23,525 bases of DNA from the NCBI GenBank assembly GCA_024626585.2, contig JANKJI020000004.1:95833510-95857034 (forward strand). Reading direction: 5' to 3'. This document shows positions 9,648-22,130 of this stretch, piece by piece. The notes under the pieces are model-generated. The model ran no database searches. It saw only the letters and a program-made list of their open reading frames with translations, and was not told the DNA's origin. The DNA comes from Ginkgo biloba (Eukaryota > Plantae > Ginkgophyta). The translations under genes and the position numbers were made by a program. The stretch's first letter is position 1, and every line of letters starts with the position of its first letter.

Positions 9648-12600
9648 CCAAGGTTCATTGGTGAGTAATTTTTTGAGTTTTTTATCTACATTCAAGTCAA
9701 TAAGCTTGTTTTTTAGTTGTGCAAATCATTCTTATAGTTTCTTGAAGATCTTCCTTTAGTTAAAAAAAGTGATAAAATATACAACGCATGTACACTAGAG
9801 AAGAAGCATAGGGAGAAATTTGTCAAGTCCAATTGGCAGGNNNNNNNNNNNNNNNNNNNNNNNNNNNNNNNNNNNNNNNNNNNNNNNNNNNNNNNNNNNN
9901 NNNNNNNNNNNNNNNNNNNNNNNNNNNNNNNNNNNNNNNNTACAATGTTGTATATGTATTCTTATATTCATAAGAAAGTATAACACTTTAATTTTTAATA
10001 TTTAACAATCATGTATTTTGTTTTAATTATTTTCTTTGAGAAAATTATTTGGACAAATTAAGATGGATTCATTGTAATAAACAACATAAGGCATATTTTA
10101 ATAATCTATCCATTAGATCCTTAGATCGATTCATTGGTTTCTTCAATTATCNNNNNNNNNNNNNNNNNNNNNNNNNNNNNNNNNNNNNNNNNNNNNATTT
10201 ATAATATTTCCTAAAAGGATATTATGAGGGTACTATTGATCTCAACTCAATTTCCCTCCCAAGATTAAGAGAATTTTCTCTTAGATATTTTTAATTTGTG
10301 ATTAGAGAGACTTTTATTAGGGAGTGTGGTATATAAATTGGATTCCATCCATTATAAATACAAATATGATTACAAAGTAAGGTAGTATAGATACAAATTA
10401 CTAGTATTTACATGGACAATAGCATTTGTGTGTATACATTACATGTGCAAGTCTATTATATGTGCTAGGTGAATATTAGGAAGCTGTTGTCATTCATATT
10501 ATTAACCTTTCCCTCCATATTGGAATATTAGTCAAGGATAAACATGATCACAATAACCACCACATAGGGTTAATATATAATAAGATAAACTAATGCCTAA
10601 ATAGTTATAGGATTACAAGCTTTGAATTGAGATGATAATGCAAGGACTTTGTCATTTTCCTATCTTGATTAGATGAATTCAACCCTTAAGTGTATGTTTA
10701 ATTTTGACCATGGTTATAGATAATATAAATTATTCTCCCATATTTTACTTATGAATAATAAATCTTTATTTCTATATGTTACATAATGAAAAAATATGAA
10801 AGCATAGTGCTAGAAAATATTTTATATATTATGGGAAAAATAACAATCCTAAATATATAATTTAATAGATTCATTATTGTTAAAAAAGGCATGAAAAATA
10901 TGTTTCCCATGGTTTGCAGTCTATATTTCATAAGTAAGCTATCATGAATTACCAAATAAGAAATAAATTTATCTTAGGTGAAATATATGATTCCCATAGA
11001 GATTTAAAAAGGAAATTACTATAATAAAAGGCTAGTCTCTATTATAAATTTCCTTTTGGTTTAAAAATTAGAAAATTGATAATAAATTTTTTATGTGATT
11101 GAGCAACTAAAATTCATGTTGAGATGCCTATCAAGAAAAAAATTGTTGCACAAACAAAATGGGAGTAATGTTGTGAATAGATCACCAAGTTTGTAAATAA
11201 GAATTGGCCTTATGATCTAGGAAGGTGATGCCTACAAAGGAGGATAAGTTGTGGGTAGAACAACCTAATGAACAATGAAAGATAGATAGTTATACCTGGA
11301 GAAGAATCCATACAATATGAGCAAAAAAAATATATGCTTGACTAGAAGATTATTGGAGATCAACCACAAAAAACTCCAAAGGAAGTAAGTTGAAATAAAA
11401 TATCTATGCATAATCCACCTATAAANNNNNNNNNNNNNNNNNNNNNNNNNNNNNNNNNNNNNNNNNNNNNNNNNNNNNNNNNNNNNNNNNNNNNNNNNNN
11501 NNNNNNNNNNNNNNNNNNNNNNNNNTTTTTAAGTCTCAACACTAATAGTCTTATAGATTCTTAAGGTTTTTTATTTAAATAGCAAGCTCTAATATTATCA
11601 TTATTTATTTATATTATTTCCAACATAGTAATATTACACTTTAGGGGGTATTATACAAAGATTTATTATAATCTTAAACACACAACAAAAAATGAGAAAA
11701 ATCTTTTTTACCTAGCTTGCATGCGAAGAATATTATTTGTTATTTATNNNNNNNNNNNNNNNNNNNNGGTTAAGCTACATATAAGCATGCAATGTTCAAA
11801 GTTTGATAGCATAATAGACCATAGTTGCATTAATAATATTATTTGTATCTTTATACATTTTTATTCTCTTATTTATACAGTTAGTTTAGGCAAAAGTAAC
11901 ATTATTATCATATATCTTCTAAAGTATCATAAGAGATGGAGAATGGCAATCGTGTTGCACTCACCAATAGGATTGCTTCCCTAAGTGTTCAAGATGTTGG
12001 TTGACATACATTAACATATATTCTACAATCAATATAGAATCAACTTAGACATGATTATAGTAAGGTGCATATAATATAATGCAATACATTAAGATCAATT
12101 CATTAAAATACGAGGCATTCATAACATACGAAACTCAACATATAATACAATTAAATATCTTTTATTATTAATGATAGATCATACAATTTCTGCATTATTA
12201 CTATAGTAAGATAAAATATATGATACAATAGGTAATCATTAAATCATATCATGAGATAATTTGATGTACATCTTCCTTGTGAATTCCAACATAAATAGAG
12301 TACAAAGCACACTTTCAATGGTAGATTCCAATAATCACACTCTTTGTTTACCTTGACTATGCATTTAATTTTTTACCAGTCATTATAACTTATGAGGATA
12401 ACTTTCACTTATCTTGGTCATGTTGCTTGTCTTAGATTAGGATTGATAACTAGGATACCCAAATTATAATCAGTAAATGAAGAGATAAAATAAAATATGT
12501 ATTGTAACTCACTTTAATTTATAACTTAAAAAGTGGACGTGATTAAGATTACAACTTGCTATTATATAAAACCATAATATTAGAATGACTAATACTTGCG

Positions 12601-13849
12601 TTAGGCTATAACAAACTACTAGAACCTACTGCAATAAAAAATTAGAATGGATATAACTAAGTTATACTACCAAATAGGTTAAGTGATGTGTGATCACATC
12701 AATAACAATCTAATTTAATAGGATTCAAACTAGTTGGGTGAGAGGGATGCAAAGAGACAAATNNNNNNNNNNNNNNNNNNNNNNNNNNNNNNNNNNNNNN
12801 NNNNNNNNNNNNNNNNNNNNNNNNNNNNNNNNNNNNNNNNNNNNNNNNNNNNNNNNNNNNNNNNNNNNNNNNNNNNNNNNNNNNNNNNNNNNNNNNNNNN
12901 NNNNNNNNNNNNNNNNNNNNNNNNNNNNNNNNNNNNNNNNNNNNNNNNNNNNNNNNNNNNNNNNNNNNNNNNNNNNNNNNNNNNNNNNNNNNNNNNNNNN
13001 NNNNNNNNNNNNNNNNNNNNNNNNNNNNNNNNNNNNNNNNNNNNNNNNNNNNNNNNNNNNNNNNNNNNNNNNNNNNNNNNNNNNNNNNNNNNNNNNNNNN
13101 NNNNNNNNNNNNNNNNNNNNNNNNNNNNNNNNNNNNNNNNNNNNNNNNNNNNNNNNNNNNNNNNNNNNNNNNNNNNNNNNNNNNNNNNNNNNNNNNNNNN
13201 NNNNNNNNNNNNNNNNNNNNNNNNNNNNNNNNNNNNNNNNNNNNNNNNNNNNNNNNNNNNNNNNNNNNNNNNNNNNNNNNNNNNNNNNNNNNNNNNNNNN
13301 NNNNNNNNNNNNNNNNNNNNNNNNNNNNNNNNNNNNNNNNNNNNNNNNNNNNNNNNNNNNNNNNNNNNNNNNNNNNNNNNNNNNNNNNNTGCCTTCAAAA
13401 TAATTGCCTAGTATGCATCGAGTTCATTCTCATCTAACTTATACTTGAAAAATTAATGTCTTCACTATATTTTTATAGAGATTTTTTATGTTTTTGGAAG
13501 CTACACCAAGTAACTTCCTTTATAACATTATTTAGTTCACAAGAACTATTATTAGAACTCAATAAGTAGTTCTATTATTATAATTTTAAAAGATAAAAAA
13601 ACATCATTAATATTTTTCGTAACTGAATCATTGAGTTTTGTCTCTTTTTATGATTTTATTCCCAACAACTATACTACTTACTTTAGGCCTTTGTGTTTCA
13701 ATAACACTAAAATTAATTAGGATTATGGAACAATAGATTTTTGGAAAAAAAATCATTAATTATTTAACTTGTATTTTCATGAATGATATGATCAAATAAC
13801 TTACCTTCAAGATTCTACAATCTAATATTATGTAGTTGCATGTGGCTAT

Positions 13850-14734
13850 TATTGTATCATCGAGTGGGAGGGAGATATCACATGGTTCTATGGGTCCTAA
13901 TATTTATTAGGGAGCTATGACAATGGAGAATCTATTTGAGAGTTTTTATTATATATGGGTTTTCTCTCACTAGCACCTCTCTCTCTTTTATTAGCTATTG
14001 GCTAATTCTAGGCAATATGTGTGCACGAGCATGTTTCTACACATGCCTAATATTGAATTGCCTATTATTTGTGTGGTTAGCATGGGTTAGTAGGAACATG
14101 CATGGCACGTTTCCTTTTAGAACCTTGCTAAATTTATCTAAGGCCTCTCCCATAAAAGAACCTTAGCCTTTGTATTCTCACACAATTAGTTTTGCTCATA
14201 AATCTTTTGTGACAATTGTACGTATCACACTCTGAATAATAGAGGGCTCTTTCTTGTCTAATTTTGTTTATGTAGATATTCTTGAGATCTTGCCTTCGAA
14301 TCTTTGGGTTAGATTTGCTAGATCTTGTTTCCCAAATCTGAATGAGTGCATAGAATCTCTTGTAGCATTTCGTGCAGGTGTTTTGACAGCTCTGCAGGCA
14401 CGTACGGGTCATTTTCTCAAGTCGCATGCAAAGGTGCACGGGTCCAAAATCTTTTCACAGGTTTTCACGCTTCTAACAACGATGTTGTTTATCAGCGCAC
14501 TCTTAAGCGACATCCTCTGCAACCACATGCTCTTAAGTGGCATTATAGTAGAATCTAAACCAAGAGTGTTTTAAAGAGATTCTCCAACTGTACAGTGGGC
14601 AAAACTTTGACAAAAGCACCTGAATTTAGTGTTGCAGAGCTATAAAGAAGAATGATTGCCCCCCTGGATTACATTCATATGCCTCTGCACTTTTGAAGGT
14701 CATTCCTTCAGGCCTCCGACTAATGGGCACATCA
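13850..14734 (+). mobile_element. LTR copy A of a CRM-like family (best preserved), followed by a PBS region
   Basis: Aligns end to end with 15525-16347 and 18345-19185 (catggttctatggg, gggttttctctc, gttagtaggaacatg, cattccttcaggcctc...CATCA). Degenerate PBS tagtatcaaag at 14738-14748. Confidence 0.85.
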
Positions 14735-15524
14735 TTTTAGTATCAAAGAGCGGGTTTCTTTCTGAAGAGTGATACCAAATTGCTCTTGACACATCATTTG
14801 GTATCAAAAATTAGATTTATCGCTCTGTAAATATTAATTTTCTTTTACCTCTTGCATAGACACATCATTTCATAGAATAGATGGCTATTTTAAGTTGGAT
14901 AATAAGTTCAATTTGTCTATTTTTGCTTCAATTCTAAGTTTTCTACCTTTTTTAAGTGGTATGCACCTGAAATACATCTAGATATATAGGCTCAGTTTCT
15001 GTTTTGGAGGAAGGNNNNNNNNNNNNNNNNNNNNNNNNNNNNNNNNNNNNNNNNNNNNNNNNNNNNNNNNNNNNNNNNNNNNNNNNNNNNNNNNNNNNNN
15101 NNNNNNNNNNNNNNTACAAGTAAGGTCCTATAATGTTTTCTTTCCCTCTATATGGAATTCTTTGATATATTTTTTAATTAATCCATATAACAATGGATTG
15201 CTATCCATTTGAGAGTCTAACTCTAGTTCTAAGTTCTACTCCATATAATTATGTATTCTCGAATCAGTTTTTATTCATCATCATCCTCTTTATCCCATAT
15301 TATTCTTCTATGGGTTATTTTAGTGATAATTTCCTCCTAACTTGGTCTTTTATCCNNNNNNNNNNTGCCATTTTATATTACTAGATCTTCCTCAAATATC
15401 TACACATTTTTAAGTTTTTATTTATTGTTATATTATTTCCACGTCTTGTATGGGATAATATTTTAAATTATCTACATATTCTAAATATACTATAGAAAGG
15501 AATTATATACCTCATGCTTGAAAT

Positions 15525-16347
15525 TGATGTGGCATTAAGAAAGAGGGAGCTATAGCATGGTTCCATGGGGTCAAAGATTTCTTAAGGGGATATGACCACG
15601 GGGAATGTAATTGGATATTTTTTACTATTATGGGTTTTCTCTCTCTTTTATTAGATTTGGATAATTATACGTAGTATGTGTGCATATTCATTTTTCTATT
15701 ATTATTTATGCCTATTATTTTATTTCCTATTATTTTTGTGGTGAGAATGGGTTAGTAGGAACATGTATGGCATGTTTCCTTTATAACCTATATAAAGGAC
15801 CCATTCCTTTGTGTTCTCACATAATTGTATCTTTATGAATTTGTTATTTTAACACTTTATTAATAAAGATACATTTTCTATCAAAATATTAGTGGAGGTT
15901 TACTTTAAATCTTGATTTTTGAATATAGATTAGTAAATCCAAATATTCTATAAGTGCATAGGTTCTCTTATAATAATTTATGTAGGTGATTTTTCAAATC
16001 TATGAGCACATATGGGTCATTTTCTTGAGTTTCATGTGAAGGTACATACGTTTGGAATCTTTTCTTGAGTTTTTTACTTTNNNNNNNNNNNNNNNNNNNN
16101 NNNNNNNTAATTGGTGTAAGCACTAACTAGCATTCTATTTAGTGGAATTATTATAGACTTTGATCTGATAGAAGTTTTAGAGATATCTCTAACTATATAG
16201 TGGATAGGAATTTCTTAGAGAGCCTAAATTCAATATAGTAGAGTTTTTATAATGTTATAAAGATAGTTACCCCCTTGGTTTTATTTATCATTCGCTTCAC
16301 ACATCTACAGGTATTCCTTTAGGCCTCTAAAACTAGCAGGTATATCA
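15525..16347 (+). mobile_element. LTR copy B (5' LTR of the gag-protease-only element)
   Basis: TGATGTGG...TATATCA, then tt-TGGTATTAAAC (degenerate PBS, 16350-16360). TATA cctatataaagg at ~15787. Confidence 0.85.
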
Positions 16348-16465
16348 TTTGGTATTAAACTAATAGTAGTTCTAAGTTTGGCAAGGGATTTCATTTTTCC
16401 ATTCTTATACGTATTTAATATTTTTTTATTTTGGCATGTGGTTTCTAACAAGAATATATCTACGA

Positions 16466-18340
16466 ATGTAGGAATAGGTGTAAGTGTGGATGAAGTCATA
16501 GAATAAATAATTAGAGGAGATATTCCACTAATAATAGTCCTTTTATAATTAGACTCAATCATGATGAAGAGGATAAGTTGAGTAGAAATGAGAGGTATGA
16601 AGAGGGTACTCTCAAAGATTGTATAGATATGATGCAAATTGTTATGAGGAAGATGAGGAAATAATACAAGGAGATGTAGCAATCCATCAAGGAAAGTCAT
16701 CAGATGATAGAAGGAATGATCACCCTCATGCAATAGATACAGACTTATCTTTCCATGATGAGGGATACTATGGCATAGTATCATTATATGTTACTAAATC
16801 TAACTCCTCATCCTCATTTAATTATTACATTTACTTCCCAAAATATTATTCCTCATTTTACAAGATCATCATCATCACAAGCACCTAAGGTATAAAATCC
16901 ATTTTAGGTAGAATCCAAGGTTGATATAAAGGTTTTAAATGGGATGATGGATGTTGAATCATTGGATATATGGATTCAAGCATTATAGGTTTACTTTTCT
17001 TTCTAGGCCTAGACAGATGAGTAGAGGATTACTTTTACGAGGTTGAAAATGGGTGACAAGGCTCTACTTTGGTAGGAATATTTTGCAAGATTAGAGAGCA
17101 TGCAGGTTAGTAACTAATTTATTTTGTGAGTAATTTTAAGAAGGAATTGAAGAAAAAACATTATCCTCTTGGATATGAGGATGATATTTTCCTCAAACGG
17201 TATCATATCAAGAAAAAAAAAGGAAAAATCCTAGAGTACTATTATGAAGAGTGTCAAGATATTAGGATTTGAGTGGATATAAAGGAACCAATCAACAAGA
17301 TAATGCTAAAAAATTTTAGAGGCTTACACAATTATCTTAGGCATGAAGTGGAATTTTGTCCTCTTCATAACATATAATTTCACTTCCAATATTAAAGCTA
17401 ACATAAAATATTCTCATGGTGATAAGGGAAATGATAAGAATAAGGATTATCCTATCTTAGATACCTCATCCACATCATCTACTTCATTAACTTCTTCTAC
17501 CAATTCTTCTCGCATTAGAGGCAAGAGAAAGAGAGGGTCTAGTTAGAATAAGGAAAGTTCCTTAAGGAAGAATAAGTATGGTAAGTCAAATATATGTTCA
17601 CATTATAGAAAGAACGGACATGGCAAGGACCATTGCTATAATATTTTTATGGAGGGAAGAGGAAAGTGATAGATTTTGTTGTTACTTTAGATGAGCCAAA
17701 CCTTTCAATTTCTCTTATCAATGCTAAGGGTAAGAGATTAGATAAATAAGTCCTTTACACATTATAGACTCAAGTGAAGGATAGAATAGTTCTAACTATT
17801 CTTGATAGTGAAAGCCAAATGAACTTAGTTTATGATAACATGATTAAGGATTTAGGGTTAGACCTTGAATAGTGTCCTAACCCTTATGATATCAATGGAA
17901 GAAACTAGGAGGAGAGTGATTGAGTTATACAATAGTGCACTTTCAAATTATGATCACTAAGGAGTTTATTAATAATGTTAATTATAACATAGTACCTATG
18001 GATTGCACTAGCATCTTATTGGGAATAACTTTTTTTATTGAGAAGAAGGCCACACTCGTTCCTTATTTGGGAAAATATGAGTTGATGAAAGATAAATATC
18101 CTTTCATCCTTAGGATAGTTCCAGTTCCTAAGTCGACTACTTTAGTTTCCAATGTGAAGGATAAGCAGGTTGTACAAGATTTTAGGAAGTATATTTTGGA
18201 GATAAATGGGAAGGATATTGAATAAAGTTTATATATAGTTGTGGACCAAGCCTTGATACCATTATTTCTTATTATAAGGAATATACTTCCCATATTTGGT
18301 TTGGAAAAACACTGGGGTCCATTTATTCCTTAGAGGGAAG
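16466..18340 (+). pseudogene. gag: Degenerate gag (with CCHC knuckle) and aspartic protease; no RT, RNase H or integrase
   Basis: VESKVDIKVLNGMMDVESLDIWIQAL*VYF...RITFTRLKMGDKALLW*E; FRGLHNYLRHEVE; knuckle CSHYRKNGHGKDHC at 17595-17636; protease TILDSESQMNLV (decayed DSG, 17804-17812), LGLDLE*CPNPY and IVPMDCTSILLG. Confidence 0.88.
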
Positions 18341-18344
18341 GAAA
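18332..18344 (+). promoter_or_regulatory. Polypurine tract
   Basis: AGAGGGAAGGAAA directly before TGATAT, the start of LTR copy C. Confidence 0.8.
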
Positions 18345-19185
18345 TGATATTCCATCAAGAATGAAGGATCTAGCACATGGTTCTATGGGGTCTAAGATTT
18401 CTTAAATAACTATAACCATGGGGAATCTATTTGAGAGTTTTTACTATATATGAGTTTTCTCTCACTAGTACCTCTCTCTCTTTTATTAGGTTTAGATAAT
18501 TATAGGTATTGTGTGCATTGTCATGTTACTATTCTAAAATATTCTTAGGTTAGTATGCATATATCTATGGGATATGGACTATACATGGGCATATTTTCTA
18601 ATAGTGACTATGTTACTATGTATATCATATATATTTTACATAAAAAATGCCATAGCTTATGTTCTCACACAATTGTAACTTTGTGACTTTGCACACTTTT
18701 GAATTATAGAGAGATCTTATTTATCCCAATATTTGTGAATATTTATTTTGAATCTTGATTTCTAAATCTATATTAGTGAATCCAAATATTTTATGAGTGA
18801 ATAGATTCNNNNNNNNNNNNNNNNNNNNNNNNNNNNNNNNNNNNNNNNNNNNNNNNNNNNNNNNNGACTCACGCAAAGGAACACTAGTTCAAAATATTTT
18901 CTTGAGTTTTGGATTTTTGACAATGATGTGATCTATCATCATATTCTTAAGTGGTTCCATAATTAATTAGCATGTTATCTAGTGATTTTACTATAGGCTT
19001 AGATCGAGGGGGTTTTTAGACAATTCTTTGACTGTACAATGAACGAAACTTTTCAATAGAGCCTAAATTTATTATATCATAATATTTATAAGGTTGCAAT
19101 ATTTATTATCCCTTGGCACTATCAATCATTCACTTCTAAATAATTTAAGGTATTCCTTCAATCCTCTAAACCAATGGGTACATCA
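18345..19185 (+). mobile_element. LTR copy C (3' LTR of the upstream unit and 5' LTR of the next unit)
   Basis: TGATATTCCATC...GGGTACATCA, homologous to copies A and B, with a PPT upstream and a PBS downstream. Confidence 0.85.
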
Positions 19186-19187
19186 TT

Positions 19188-19198
19188 TGGTATCAGAG
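19188..19198 (+). promoter_or_regulatory. tRNA-iMet primer binding site
   Basis: CATCA-tt-TGGTATCAGAG. Confidence 0.9.
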
Positions 19199-19377
19199 AA
19201 CATGGTTGTTCTGATTTGGGTAAGGGATTTATTTTTTTCATTTTTGTCCTTATTTTATATTTTCTACTTTTGGTANNNNNNNNNNNNNNNNNNNNNNNNN
19301 NNNNNNNNNNNNNNNNNNNNNNNNNNNNNNNNNNNNNNNNNNNNNNNNNNNNNNNNNNNNNNNNNNNNNNNNNNNTG

Positions 19378-20418
19378 GTGGAATTAAGTATGGCCATCAA
19401 TATGATAACCAAGAAAACCTCGACAATGTTGGAGTTACCTAGCCTGAGGCCCATCCACACTATTATCAAGATGGCATATCATTCTATATTTAAGATAGAT
19501 GAAATTCTGGATAATGCAATACTCTTCATTGATAACTCAGAGAACCCAATTGACTTCATAGTGTTGGAGCCTAATAATTACCTTGAATGATATTCAATTA
19601 TTCTTAGGTGATTGTGGTTGGATACTACAAATATAGTCATTACTTGTAGATTTGGAAAAATGGTTATTGCTCACAGAACCCAATAAAAATATGTCACACT
19701 ATATGAACCTTATAAGCCTCTTTAATTATCAACCTTAGAATAAAAATGGATTGACTTAGAAGATATGTGGTAGAAGACATTGATGGATACCAATTCCTCA
19801 CGTAAAATTAGAATGAGGATGAAGAAGAGTAGGTTTATCAGGCTATGACCTTGGAGGTGTTAGAAAAGTCAGTGGAAAAGGATGAGGATGCACAAATATA
19901 TAGAGCACTACAGTTAATAGATGCTAGGGATAGAGACATTGAAGACCTATTTCAAGGGGATCAATTTGATAAAGATCCATATAGGGAATACAAATTGAAA
20001 CAAGTGGAGGAACTTCAAATTCAAGAAGGGAAATCATTATTTACTGGCAACTCCTATACAGGTGAAGAGAAAAAGAAAATTCTATAATTTTTAATAAGAA
20101 ATTAACATGTATTCACATGCACACATAGATATTTGAAAGGTATAGCACCCAATGTATATCAGCACTATATTTTCACCAACGATGATTCCAAACTTGTGAC
20201 ATGACTGCAATACTTATTAAATATAAATATGATGCAAATTGTTAAAGATGAATTGAAAATTTTCCTTGTAATTATCTTGATTTATCTAATTTTAGATAGC
20301 TAGTGAGTATCACCACTAGTGGTAGTAGAAAAGAAGGGAGGTAATAATAGGTGTGTGTTGATTATAGACAACTGAACAAGGGCACTAAAAAAGATCACTT
20401 TTCACTTCCCTTTATTAA
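19378..20418 (+). pseudogene. Athila/Tat-type gypsy pol fragment: protease to RT N-terminus
   Basis: VELSMAINMITKKT...LRPIHTIIKMAYHS...PIDFIVLEP...IILR*LWLDT (protease); HVFTCTHRYLKGIAPNVYQHYI...QIVKDEL...VSPLVVVEKKGG..CVDYRQLNKGTKKDHFSLPFI (RT). Confidence 0.9.
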
Positions 20419-20518
20419 NNNNNNNNNNNNNNNNNNNNNNNNNNNNNNNNNNNNNNNNNNNNNNNNNNNNNNNNNNNNNNNNNNNNNNNNNNNNNNNNNN
20501 NNNNNNNNNNNNNNNNNN

Positions 20519-21060
20519 CCAAGGCCATCCTCTTTATAGCGTCTAAATTAACAGGGATCTTGTCTTCTACTATGTATGTCATGTCCATATCCAATCCTTC
20601 CAAGAACCATTCCATATGGACTTCGCTATTGGCTTAGAATTTTTTTAAATAGAATTTAAATTCTACCATACCTTGAGACAGTATTTAATGCTCTCTATGT
20701 TCCCTTCCTTGATGGTGGACAACATTTTGATCAAAACTGCAATCGTCTTCTCTTGGAGAAACTCAGGCCTAAATTGTTGTATAAGAGTAGCCTAGCCCAT
20801 GATAGACCCATTCGACAAAGATTGATACCACTTCAAAGATTCATCTTCAAATGTATGTATGAACAATATGACAATGACATTTTTAGAATTATATCAAAGT
20901 TTCCACAAATAACTATAAAATTTTGAACATGTTCTTCGTTCGATGTTGAGCCATCACCTTTGAATTTTGGTCATGCATCCCAAGCTCTATCAAGAACANN
21001 NNNNNNNNTCAAGATTTTGACCAAGGTTAAGGGGGAAACCGGTTATTAAAGGCATCCCAT
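20519..21060 (-). pseudogene. gag: Tat/Athila/Ogre-type retrotransposon gag, degenerate
   Basis: Minus strand WDA*PKFKGDGSTSNEEHVQNFIVICGNFD..NVIVILFIHTFEDESLKWYQSLSNGSIMG*ATLIQQF, matching the LPKF.G...AEEH..F...DV..RLF..TL...A..W...LP..SI..W pattern. Confidence 0.8.
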
Positions 21061-21730
21061 TAGCACTGGAGGATTTAGAGAAAAATAAGGAGGTGAAAAA
21101 TATGTTGGCGAAGAATAAGTTCTTGCAATTTGAACAACTTCAAATGTAGAAGATGTTGTCTTCCCTTTTATTTTAAGCTTGGAAAACTTTGATGCATAAG
21201 GAACTTTTCTTAAAGCGGGCTGTCTTTTCTTCCTATCTTTTGAGGAGACCTATGAAATTCTTCAATGATACCTTAATCTCTCAGGGACCTCGTATATGGC
21301 CTCCTTTCAATTGTATCTTTGATGTCCTCCTTACGACTATACATTTAATGCTCACTACCTTTAATGAGAAATGATTTTCTTGGGATTTTTCGTCCCTAGT
21401 AGAGTTACCAATTTTTGTTGACATGTATTTTAGTACCTATATGAGACAATGGATAAGGTATTGGTCTATAGCACAGGGAGGGGGTACCATCACACTGCAG
21501 CAACAAGGAGCTTATGCTCTCCGTCTTATAAGGGAATTTCCCTTATTTAACAAATGAAAGAATGGTGAAAATAAATTGAACAATATTCATAAAGAATACT
21601 TTCAAGAAATTAGGCTTATAGATTTTATAAGGTTTGTTTTTCTTTTGTAAAGGAGAGAGAAGAAGAATGGGACAAGGGAAGAACACAAGGGAGAAACTGA
21701 TTAATTAAAGAAGAAGAAGAGATACAACTT

Positions 21731-22130
21731 CTGCTAATGAGGTCGATATGACGGCATGGGCCAGATCCTTCAACCTTGCTTAGCAAAAAATAAAGTATGC
21801 ATCTGGTATTAGACTTAGTATGACGACATGACCAGACCTTCAGTTTCAGTTGGTAAGATGATATAAAGAATAAAATGGATTGGAGAAGAGCAAAGATAAA
21901 AAATGTTTGCTAATGAGGTTGATATGACGACATAGGTTAGATCCTTAATCTCCAAGAGAAAATGGTAATAGAGGGAAGAGTATCCACTTTAAGGCTAATA
22001 TGATGTTATAACTAGACCCTTTAACCTTGTTGGCAAGCACACTGGTAGGACAAAATAAAGTTAGCAAACAACAAAAAAATGTGTTGCTATTAAAATTGGT
22101 ATGACGACATAACCATACTCCCAACTTCAG
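21731..22130. repeat. Five dispersed ~45-bp repeats (core TATGACGACAT-N-ACCAGAcc) in the 5' leader of the minus-strand gag
   Basis: Cores at 21747, 21819, 21923, 21999 and 22100, with spacings 72/104/76/101. Confidence 0.75.

Larger units (their letters stand above)
2734..20518. other. Nine assembly spacers of exactly 100 N
   Basis: 2734-2833, 4695-4794, 6839-6938, 8173-8272, 9841-9940, 11426-11525, 15015-15114, 19276-19375, 20419-20518. Where the flanks are identifiable, element family or strand changes across the gap. Confidence 0.9.

Noticed and set aside
9941-12760. AT-rich stretch with a PPT-like ttagggggta at ~11641
   Set aside because: Probably ancient repeat debris, but no domain or paired boundary could be supported.
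13936-14574. ORFs of 70-106 aa
   Set aside because: They lie inside LTR A and are not preserved in homologous LTRs B and C.
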